Assembly: GCA_965238005.1 (NCBI GenBank)
Contig: OZ250165.1
Location: 2,784,001-2,848,000 of the forward strand
Reading direction: 5' to 3'
DNA from: Longimicrobiales bacterium
GTDB taxonomy: Bacteria > Gemmatimonadota > Gemmatimonadetes > Longimicrobiales > Gaopeijiaceae
Length of the DNA: 64,000 nucleotides
Part shown: positions 41,364 to 50,502 of the stretch, piece by piece
How the letters are laid out: each line of letters begins with the position of its first letter
Position numbering within the stretch: position 1 is the first letter of the stretch
The notes under the pieces: generated by a model
What the model saw: only the letters and a program-made list of their open reading frames with translations
Databases searched by the model: none
Told to the model about the DNA's origin: nothing
Position numbers and translations under genes: made by a program

Positions 41364-42843
41364 TATGTGGACGCCCCCCTGGTTGGCAAGCCTGACGTCG
41401 TACCGAAGTCGCTGGCAGTCAGGTCAGGTACGGTACGGTCGTATGTGCGGCCTCTTGGTGCGGCACTTCTGGCCGCGGGCCCGTATGGTGTTCGTGAGAT
41501 CGGATCCAAATCGCAATGGCGGGCTCGGTGGCCCATCGTAGGCTACTGGTTTTTCCGACCCCGTCTTGTCGACCGTTTGCCCCTACCTTGTCCGCCGTCC
41601 TGCCTGCCCTCTCCAGTTGGGACCTTCCCAGCTCATGCCCATTCGGGTGATCGAGCCGTCAGCCCCGATGATCTCATCTCTCGCCTCCTCCGGGTTCCGG
41701 GTCTGGCCAACGCCTCTTCGCTACACGGATCCGACTCGCAACCCTACGCCGCGGCAGAAACGGCCTTCGTCACTCCCCGTGCCCTGTAGTTCTCCCCCCT
41801 CACCGTCACGGCCCAGATGATGCGCTCCATCCTGTTGGCCAGAGCCACCGCAACCACCTTCCTCGGCTTCTCGTCCAGCATCCGCCGAAGCCAGGGATCA
41901 GTGACTGGACCCCGCCGGATGGCACTCGAGATGACTGCCGTCGCCCCCAGGTACAGGAGCCTCCGGATGTCGCGCTGTCCCATCTTCGTGATCCGCCCCA
42001 GCCGCTGGCGGCCACCCGCCGAGGATTCACGAGGCGTGAGCCCGACCCATGCCGCGAAGTCGCGTCCATTGCGGAAGCTCTCCATCGGCGGAGCAAAGGT
42101 GTGGACCGCCATCGCCGTGCGCTCTCCCACCCCCGGGATCGTCATCAGGCGCCCGAGCGCCTCATCTTCCCTCGCAATGCGACGGATCTCCCGGTCCATC
42201 TCATGGATCTCCCCATCCAGCTCGTGGATCCGCTCGATGAGGAGGCGTATGGCGGGAGGCCCCATCGCCGGGAAATGCTCCTCACACCTGGCGAACGCCT
42301 CCTCCAGTCTCCCGATGTTGTCGGTCCCACGCGGAGCGACGAGGCCGAACTCCGCGAGGTGACCCCGCAGCGCGTTGATCGTCTGGGTCCGCTGGCGCAC
42401 GAGGAGCGCCCGGCTCCGGAACACCACCGAGCACGCCTGCGCTTCCTCGGTCTTCACGGCCACGAACCGCATCGTCGGCCGCTGGGCCGCCTCGACGATC
42501 GCCCCCGCGTCGTTCGCGTCGTTCTTCTGCCTCTTGACGTACGGCTTCACGTACACCGGGGAATCAAACGGACCACATGGCCGAGTTCCTGGATCTGCCG
42601 CCCCCAATAGTGGGCGCTACCGCACACCTCTAACACGACCCGACAGGCGGGCTGCCTGGCGAGGAACCCGAGCAGCTTCGAGCGCGTGAGCTTCCTGCGC
42701 AGCACAGGCTCACCGCCCGCAGTGGCTCCGTGCAGTTGGAAGTACCTCTTCGAGATGTCTATACCGATGATGCTGACCACCTTGTCCATGGATCCCCCCT
42801 CTCGTGTCCCGAACGCGCCCGGTGTGGGGGGCGTCCACTCCAT
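41364..42843 (-). mobile_element. IS110-family element, IS1111-type, inserted in an oriT module
   Basis: Subterminal IRs GTGGACGCCCCC / GGGGGCGTCCAC; long downstream non-coding region; flanks rejoin into the module seen at 23240-23270. Confidence 0.82.
41744..42789 (-). pseudogene. IS110/IS1111 recombinase, frameshifted near 42555
   Basis: IGIDISK...LEVCG in one frame; YVKPYVKRQKNDANDA...TIPGVG...SAGG in another. Confidence 0.85.
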
Positions 42844-43004
42844 CGCAATGTGATACATTGGAGCCTGGCGAGGGGGCGCTCCGCCCCCCCTTCGATCCCC
42901 CGGAGGCCCGAGCTCCGGCGGAGTTCGCGGGCGGGGGGCTCGGCCCCCGAACCCCCTTGCCGGTGCGCTGATGGCTGATCGCCCTGCAGCAATCGTCACC
43001 GCCA

Positions 43005-43130
43005 CCATCGAGGCGGCCCCTGGTGCATGTGGTCCAGAACGGGGTCGAGGCAAGCCTATCGGCGCACGGACCTTCTTCGAGCGCTGGCGTCGGCTGATGA
43101 ACGACTGGGCGGCCTACGTTAGTGGGGAGC
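43005..43130 (+). pseudogene. Degenerate P4-integrase 3' remnant
   Basis: Frameshifted match to HVVQN.VEAAYRRTDLFERWRRLMNDWAAY. Confidence 0.65.
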
Positions 43131-43283
43131 CGCCTCGTTGACGGTCTTTCGACTTGGCACTCTGCGCGGCTTGCCGGACGGGTCTTGAGCGTGGTGCTGA
43201 GGGACCCTCGAACCCGACCGCCTCGACTTCCGCACCCCGAACGAGTGCCTATGACTCACACCGCGCCTAAGCCGTGTTGCACT

Positions 43284-43940
43284 TCAAAGTTGATCCCTAG
43301 TGGCACCCCCCTCGAACGCGATTCGCCAACGCTCCTGAGGATCGTCAAAGTGCACGTCGGTGGCAGAAAAGGCCGTTGGATCAAGCGGCCCACCGGTCCA
43401 CTCAATCGAGTCTCTGTGCTCCGGATGTCCGGGGTCAGCTAGGGCAGCCAGCAAATTCGCGTAACCGTGGGACCCGCCGCTGTCCTCGGGAGGACAGGCC
43501 CCGGCGCCTCCGACACATTCGGGGCCAGTCCTCGGGCCGCCGGCCTGCTCAAAGCCTTCAAAGATCACCGCGTGGTCCCAGTTGTCGCCGAAGTCGTAGG
43601 TGTAGTGCATCGGCGGTAGGTCGCCCGCCGTAAAGTCGAGCGGAAACTCCATCCATCCAGCGGCGACTGAGAGATCATTGGGCACGTCCGAATCTGGGAT
43701 TCCGAGCAGCATTGCGGTGCCCGAACCGGGATCGAGGACACGGAATCTATGGAGGTGGCAGTCGAGCCATCCCATCGCGTCCTGGATCGCGACGTGGAGA
43801 TCCCAGAAGGAATAGGTCGCGGGAACCTGGATTCGTCGCCAAACGAGCGGGTTGGTCCCGGCCAGGACCACGAGGTATTGGAGCATCAGACCCGGAGGAA
43901 CCGGCCCGCCCCTAGGTTGATCCTGCGTCGACATCATCAC
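43284..43940 (-). CDS. pRiA4b ORF-3 family protein
   Basis: VWRRIQVP..SFWDLHVAIQDAMGWLDCHLH; YTYDFGDNW; CPPEDSGG. Confidence 0.88.
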   Translation of the reverse strand: MMMSTQDQPRGGPVPPGLMLQYLVVLAGTNPLVWRRIQVPATYSFWDLHVAIQDAMGWLDCHLHRFRVLDPGSGTAMLLGIPDSDVPNDLSVAAGWMEFPLDFTAGDLPPMHYTYDFGDNWDHAVIFEGFEQAGGPRTGPECVGGAGACPPEDSGGSHGYANLLAALADPGHPEHRDSIEWTGGPLDPTAFSATDVHFDDPQERWRIAFEGGATRDQL

Positions 43941-43965
43941 CCTGCTTGGAGCTTAATTAGGTGCA

Positions 43966-44024
43966 ATCTAACCGTTTGAGTTCAGCGGACGCCGGAGGTG
44001 GTCCGCTGCAACGAAGGGTTAGCC
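43966..44024 (-). other. Integron attC site (59 bp)
   Basis: GGCTAAC-ccttc-GTTGCAGCGGAC...GTCCGCTGAAC-tcaaacg-GTTAGAT: R''/L''/L'/R' layout with an extrahelical base. Confidence 0.7.
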
Positions 44025-44123
44025 GACACTCCGGTTCAGCCTACCCTAATCCTTTACACAATGGCCTACACTGATGGTTGACAGGTTCCTATCAACCAAG
44101 GGTTCTAAACCTAGGAGAGCCCG

Positions 44124-44201
44124 ATGCAATGGAACCAGTCGACTATGTACGAACAGAGAGTACGCTTCATCCTCGAAGTACAGCAAGGCACGTTCAGTTA
44201 C
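44124..44201 (+). pseudogene. IS481-like transposase N-terminal remnant
   Basis: MQWNQSTMYEQRVRFI..GTFS, cut by IS256. Confidence 0.45.
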
Positions 44202-45580
44202 GGAGCTAGGATCAAAGGGTGTGTAAAAGAGAGGCGACGTACCTTTCCGCTGACCATTAACCAGCGAGTCCCGAGTTGAGGCCCGGGGGAAAGGAACGTC
44301 GCCTCATGAGGAAGGATATCGCGGGACCCGAGACCGAGTCCACCATGCCGCTGTGGGAGGGCCTGGAGGGAGTGGTCCGTGAGAAGGCCCAGGAGTTCAT
44401 CCAAGAGATCTTGGAGGAGGAAGTCACCGAACTCCTGGGTCGGCCCAAGTCGGAGCGGAAGGCAGCCGTGGATGCGGCGCCTGGCTACCGCAACGGGTAC
44501 GGCAAGGCGCGGCGGCTGTCGATGAGTTCGGGCACGATCACGGTGCGACGCCCCCGGGTACGGGGTCTGGAGGAACGCTTCGAGAGTCGGGTGTTGCCGC
44601 TGTTCGCGAGACGGACGAAGGAGGTAGGTGAGTTGATACCGGAGCTGTACCTACACGGGTTGGCCGAGGGGGATTTCGAGCTGGCACTCAGGGGCCTACT
44701 CGGTGAGGGGGCGCCGCTGTCGAAGGCTTCGATCCGCAGGCTCAGGGCCGTGTGGTCGAGTGAGTTCGAGACGTGGGCGAAGCGGTCCTTGGCGGACCGT
44801 GAGGTCGTCTACGTATGGGCGGACGGGATCTACGTGAAGGCGGGCCTGGAGCGAGACAAAGCGGCGCTGCTGGTGGTGATGGGAGCCATGCGCGACGGGA
44901 CGAAAGAGGTTCTGGCCGTCACATCAGGCTACCGGGAGTCAACGGACTCGTGGGCGGAGGTCTTTCGGGGTCTCAAGGCTCGAGGCCTCGCAGCGCCGAA
45001 GCTACTGATGGCCGACGGTAACGCAGCGATCTGGGGCGCGGCGAGGACGGTGTGGCCTGAGGCCGGCGAGCAGCGGTGCTGGAATCACAAGATGAGGAAC
45101 GTCCTGGATCGGCTGCCGCAGCGCGAGCAGTCAGAGGCCAAGGAACTGCTGCGCACAGTCGTCTACGCCTCGACACGGGCCGCGGCGCTCAAAGCTCGTC
45201 AGGCGTTCGGCAAGCGTTATGGGCCGTGGTACCCGAAAGCTGTGACGGTGCTCGAGGATGACTGGGACCGCATGGTCACGTACTACGACTTCCCCGAAGC
45301 CCACTGGAAGCATCTACGGACGACGAATGTGGTGGAAAGCCCGTTCGCTTCGGTACGGATCCGCACGTCGGCAGCAAAACGATTTAAGCGCGTCGACAGT
45401 GCTACCGCCCTCATCTGGAAGCTCCTGACGGTGGCGGAGAAACGCTTCAGAAGGCTTGACGCTCCAAACCTGCTCAAGGACGTGTTTGAAGAAAGGAAGT
45501 TCAGGGACGGTAAGCCCGTCTCAGCTCATCAGCGCAAAGCAGCCGCCTGAAACGTTTACACACCTATTGACCCGACCTCC
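44202..45580 (+). mobile_element. IS256-family element (transposase 44306-45550)
   Basis: YRNGY, WADGIY, MADG, QRCWNHK, RTTNVVES; imperfect 26-bp IRs ending GGTGTGTAAA. Confidence 0.9.
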
Positions 45581-45659
45581 GTTGGCAGTCAAGCATTCAC
45601 TGGAGCATCTCGCTGAAATCGCAGCAAGCCACCCTGGTTCCAAGGAGATGATCAGCGAC

Positions 45660-47004
45660 TGGAGTTGACCCGCTTTGGTGGACACCTCAGTAGTGAGGGA
45701 GACAGGAGGAGTCCACGATGCCAAGAACACATGCGCCGTACCCGCCGGAGTTTCGGCGGCAGATGGTCGAGTTGGTCAGGTCGGGCCGCTCCGTGGAGGA
45801 GCTGGCCCGGGAGTTCGAGCCCTCAAACGGGGCGATACGGAACTGGGTCAAACAAGCTGACTTGGATGAAGGCCGTCGCAGTGACGGGCTGACGACGGAG
45901 GAGCGTGGGGAACTCAGGCAGCTTCGGCGTGACAACAAGCGTCTGCGCATGGAGCAGGAGATTCTAAAAAAAGCCGCCGCCTGGTTTGCTCGGGAGAGCA
46001 ACTCGATCCCGGAACGGGGTTCGAGTTCATGAAGACGAATCAGGCCGACTTCCCTGTGCGGGCGATGTGCCGTGTGCTGGATCTCTCCCCCAGCGGCTAC
46101 TACGCCTGGTTGGATCGCGAGCCTTCGGCTCGGGCGAAGCGAGATGAGGAGCTCACAGAGCGGATCGAGACGGTCTGGCGCGAGAACCGAAGGGTCTATG
46201 GCCGGCCCCGCATCTACGCGGACCTCAAGGAAGCTGGCGAGCGGGTCGGTGAGAAGCGGGTGGGCCGGCTCATGAAGCAGGCCGAGATTGTGGGAGCTAG
46301 CCGGAGGCGGCGCGGCCCGAAGACGACCAGGCGCAACGAGGACGCCCGTCCCGCGCCGGATCTCATCGAGCGGGACTTCAGCGCAGACGGGCCAGACCAG
46401 TTGTGGGTGGCCGACATCACCTACATCCCGACCTGGGCGGGGTTCTTGTACCTCGCGGTTGTGCTCGACGTCTGGAGCAGGCGGGTGGTCGGGTGGTCGA
46501 TGGCTACGCACCTGCGCACCGAGCTCGTCCTGGACGCGCTGAACATGGCGACCTGGCAGCGCCGGCCCGAATGCGTCATCCATCACAGTGATCAGGGAAC
46601 CCAGTACACCTCGATCGCCTTCGGCCTACGCTGCAACGATGTCGGTGTGCGGCCCTCGATGGGCTCCGTGGGCGACGCCTACGACAACGCGATGTGCGAG
46701 AGCTTCTTCGCGACGCTCGAGTGCGAGCTACTCGACCGGCAGCGCTTCCGGACCCAGGCCGAGGCGAAGATGGCCGTGTTCGACTTCATCGAGGGCTTCT
46801 ACAACCCCCGGAGGCGACACTCGGCACTGGGTCAGCTGTCGCCCATCAACTTCGAGCGTCGCCACGGAGCGGCAGCATGAGAAACCTGCGTGGCCAAGTT
46901 GCCCTTTACTCCCCCGCTGCGCGGGGGAAGCTTTCCTCTCCCCAGCGAGGGGGACAGACTATAAACCTCAGTGTTCACCCGTCCACTGAAACGGGACAGC
47001 TCCA
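45660..47004 (+). mobile_element. IS3-family element (orfA 45718-46032, orfB 46029-46880)
   Basis: TG...CA ends with IRs; AAAAAAAG -1 frameshift site; WVADIT, HHSDQG, DNAMCESFF DDE motifs. Confidence 0.93.
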
Positions 47005-47014
47005 CTGTGACCAG

Positions 47015-47568
47015 GTTGCACCGGGCTTAGTGCCGGGTGAGGATTGAAACGAGGGCACGGTCCACGTTGTTGGCGTCATCGAAAGTGTTGCACCGGGCTT
47101 AGTGCCGGGTGAGGATTGAAACGGCGGCGAGGTGGGCGGCAAGACGGCGCTCTACGAGGTTGCACCGGGCTTAGTGCCGGGTGAGGATTGAAACGAATCA
47201 TAGTCGCTGAGCGCCTGCGCGACTGACAGGTGTTGCACCGGGCTTAGTGCCGGGTGAGGATTGAAACGGGTCGATGCCCATCCGTTTGCACAGTGCCTCT
47301 GACAGTGTTGCACCGGGCTTAGTGCCGGGTGAGGAGTGAAACACGGACAACGGCGAGACGCCGGACGACGGGCGCCTGGTTGCACCCGGCTTATTAGTGC
47401 CGGGTGAGGATTGAAACGCGGTAGACAACTTCACCGAGGCGCGTGCGACGGGCGAAGGTGGTTGCACCCGGCTTAGTGCCGGGTGAGGATTGAAACGTTG
47501 TCGGATATCTTGGAGACTGGCGACCACCTGCGGCTCCACCCGGCTTAGTGCCGGGTGAGCACTGCGCG
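47015..47568 (+). CRISPR. Orphan CRISPR array: 8 repeats (last degenerate), 7 spacers of 36-43 nt
   Basis: 36-nt repeat GTTGCACCGGGCTTAGTGCCGGGTGAGGATTGAAAC at 47015, 47087, 47159, 47232, 47307, 47379, 47461, 47533. Confidence 0.95.
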
Positions 47569-48324
47569 GGTGAGCGCTTCGATCATGGACGTTCCGATGA
47601 GAAGCCGACGGGCCACGCCAGGACTACGACGTGCAAGACACGTCAGGGGTCGATGCACAAACTTCTCGGGTTGCGATTCACACGGGCATGGCTTGCTAAC
47701 CCCTTGTGGCCGCTTGCAGTTGCGCACGTCGCTGCCCGGCCGTCGGTGCCAAACGGGGCGGCAGCGACGCGGAGGGGAGCGACCCCCCAGGCCGAGGGCC
47801 TGGAGATGGCGCGGGCCATGCGCGTTTTCACGCGCCTGCCCCCGCCCCCTCGGGGTCGCTCCCGAGCCATCAATCCCTTGGCGGGAAGGCCATCGAGCGC
47901 CGCCGGAGCGCGCAGTCGGGGGCTCCGCCCCCTTCCCCCGGCGCGTCCCGATGCCCGATCGCCGCAGCGGCACCGTCGCCCCCTGAACGTCCGCCGGACC
48001 CCGCTTTCCCACAAGCCGAGGAGGCACGGTCCGAGGGGGGAACCCGAGCACGAGGGACCAAGCGAGGGATCCCCACGGTGCTCGAGTCGAGCGAGGATTC
48101 AGGCTGCGAGTGGCGCAAGAGACCGTCTTGCTCCGAGGTCGGCGGCCCGCCTATGGTTGAGGGTGCTCAGAGAACCGGGGGTGGCACAGCCTGCCCCACG
48201 AAGCTCGCGGTCCACGTCAGCGCGTGAAGATCAACGCCGGGGGCAAGAAAGCTGCCGGAATCCACTTTCGCTGTGCCCTCGGACTGTCCAGCAAGGTAGG
48301 ACCACCCCACCCGGACTCCTCGAC

Positions 48325-49473
48325 ATGAGACCACTCTACGTTGCCTGCGTCGCGGCGATCGTATTGGCCGCTTGTGACGATGAGACTGCCCCGACTTCCA
48401 TTTTGGAACCCGGCGATAGCGCCGTGAAAATTGGATTCCTGGTTTCGGGCGACCGGATCACCTATCCGAACGGAGCCAGGATTGCGGTGGACGAGGTCAA
48501 CGAGCGCGGAGGGTTGCTGGGTCGCTCCGTCGAACTGGTCATCCAGATGGACCTGCAGGAGGAGGAGGCGGCGGTCCAGGCCGCAGAGACCATGATTCTC
48601 GCCGATGAGGTCGTTGCCCTCATTGGCCCCAACCGCTCGTCGCACGCCATCGAGGTAGGGGCCGTGGCCCAGAGTCATGGTGTGCCGATGGTTACGACGG
48701 CGGCCACCAACCCAGCCGTGACCGAAGCCGGCGACCTTGTCTTCATGGCCGCGTTCACCGACCAGTTTCAAGGGCGAGTCATGGCGCAATTCGCCTCGGA
48801 GACCCTCGGGGTGACCGCAGCCGCTGTCCTGACGCAGCAGGGAGAAGTCTATAGCGAGGGGATCGGTGAATTCTTCATCGACCATTTCGGTGGCCTTGGA
48901 GGGACGATCGTCGCCGACGAGTCCTACGAGGGCGGTGCGACGGAGTTTACCTCGCAATTGGCGCGCATCGCGGCGGCTACTCCTGGGGCCATGTTTCTCC
49001 CGGGTCTGCCGGCGGAAGTGGCGCTCGTGACCACGCAGGCGCGCGCCCTACCGCTGCAAGACGGTGCCGGGGAACCGACGCTCTTTCTCGGGGCGGATGC
49101 GTGGGACAATCCGACGCTGCTGGACAATGAAGAAGCCGCCATCGATGGCAGCTTCTTCAGCAGCCACTTTTCGCCGGACACGAGCGAGCCAAGCGCACGC
49201 GCATTCGTCGACACGTATCAGGGTCTGTACGGGACTGTCCCCACCGGCGGCGATGCGGTGAGCTACGATGCGGTCCGGTTGCTCTTGGAAGCCGCAGAGC
49301 GAGCGGGCAGCCTCGACGCAGACGCCGTGCGCCAGGAACTGCTAGCTACCGAAGGATACGCCGGGGCAACCCACATCGCCCATTACAATGAACAGCGCCA
49401 TCCGACAAAAAGCGCGGTCATCATGACCATCGAGAACGGCGTCAAGAGGTTCCTTCAGCATGTGGATCCGTAA
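48325..49473 (+). CDS. Branched-chain amino-acid ABC transporter substrate-binding lipoprotein (LivJ-like)
   Basis: Lipobox LAAC; VKIG..AVDEVNERGGLLGR; SYDAV. Confidence 0.85.
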   Translation: MRPLYVACVAAIVLAACDDETAPTSILEPGDSAVKIGFLVSGDRITYPNGARIAVDEVNERGGLLGRSVELVIQMDLQEEEAAVQAAETMILADEVVALIGPNRSSHAIEVGAVAQSHGVPMVTTAATNPAVTEAGDLVFMAAFTDQFQGRVMAQFASETLGVTAAAVLTQQGEVYSEGIGEFFIDHFGGLGGTIVADESYEGGATEFTSQLARIAAATPGAMFLPGLPAEVALVTTQARALPLQDGAGEPTLFLGADAWDNPTLLDNEEAAIDGSFFSSHFSPDTSEPSARAFVDTYQGLYGTVPTGGDAVSYDAVRLLLEAAERAGSLDADAVRQELLATEGYAGATHIAHYNEQRHPTKSAVIMTIENGVKRFLQHVDP

Positions 49474-49797
49474 GGAGGCGTGCCGGCACTAAGCGCGGGA
49501 TCTGAGGGATCCGGAGCCGCTCGCCCGCAGGCATGCCGCCCAGAGCCCGGGTCGGAGGCGGTCTGAGTACGGGTTATGGACCCCCAAGGGGACCCTCCCC
49601 GCGGACGAGGGACCGCGGGCGGGGGCGAAGAAACGACGCCCATCCTTGATCTTCGGGGCAGTCTCATCGTCACAAGCGGCCAAGACGATCGCCAGCGCAC
49701 TGCCCGGAGGGCTTCCGCATTCAGGCCCGGACCGTCGATCTCGATCAGGCCCGGCGCCGGGATCGTGTCTTGGCCATGCGGTCGGAGGCTGTCGCGC

Positions 49798-50163
49798 TCA
49801 TGCCCCACGTTGCCGCAGCAGCGCCAGCGCGTAGACCACTCCGATGACCGGAACCACCGCGAAGGCCAGCGCCAGTCCCGACTCGCCCAGCACGCGTCCC
49901 GCAGCAATCAGCTGCGCAAGGACCAGGTCGGCTATCACGTTCGCCGTCAGGAGTGCCGCCAGGGCAAGGATCGTCGTCGTGGCGAGGCGGGGCCGCAACA
50001 CTAGCACGAGCACGCCCACGGCGCCAAGCGGATGCAGGAGGACGACCAGCAGCCGTTGCCAGACATCTCCACCGTCCGCGAATGCACCCGCCATGGCCGT
50101 GAAGCCGACGAATACCGCGTGCATCACCGCGAGCACCCTCACCGCCATCCGGAAGCCGATCAT
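49798..50163 (-). CDS. Small 4-TM membrane protein
   Basis: Hydrophobic ORF. Confidence 0.55.
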   Translation of the reverse strand: MIGFRMAVRVLAVMHAVFVGFTAMAGAFADGGDVWQRLLVVLLHPLGAVGVLVLVLRPRLATTTILALAALLTANVIADLVLAQLIAAGRVLGESGLALAFAVVPVIGVVYALALLRQRGA

Positions 50164-50359
50164 GGAAGACACCCCGGCAGGGTATGGGCCCAGGCCCACA
50201 TGGCACAAGCGGGGGTCGCCGGGGCGGTCCGCGTCCGCGTGTGCGCCATGGCCTGCCGCAGCCGCGCCGACAGAGCGACACGCCAGCGGCTGCGGCCCGT
50301 CAGGTGGCGAGCGCGGCCGGTGGCGGTGACGGCCCGGCGATCGGGCATCGGGGGAAGGG

Positions 50360-50499
50360 GGGGCGAGCCCCCGCCCGCGAGCTTCGCCGGAGCGCGGGCC
50401 TCGGGGGGATCGAAGGGGGAGCGGAGCGCCCCCCTCGCCAGCCCCTTTGTGGGTACAAGGGGTATGCTGGCTCTTGACCCCTAACGGTCATGAGCCAGC
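50360..50499. promoter_or_regulatory. oriT module next to integrase 4
   Basis: Near-identical (inverted) to 36164-36300; palindrome 50466-50499. Confidence 0.62.
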
Positions 50500-50502
50500 G
50501 CC

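Noticed and set aside
47548..48324. Long N-terminal extension of the 641-aa ORF
   Set aside because: Runs through non-coding repeat family B; the real start is the lipoprotein signal at 48325
43284..49473. cas genes near the CRISPR array
   Set aside because: All neighbouring ORFs are IS transposases, pRiA4b ORF-3 or an ABC-binding protein
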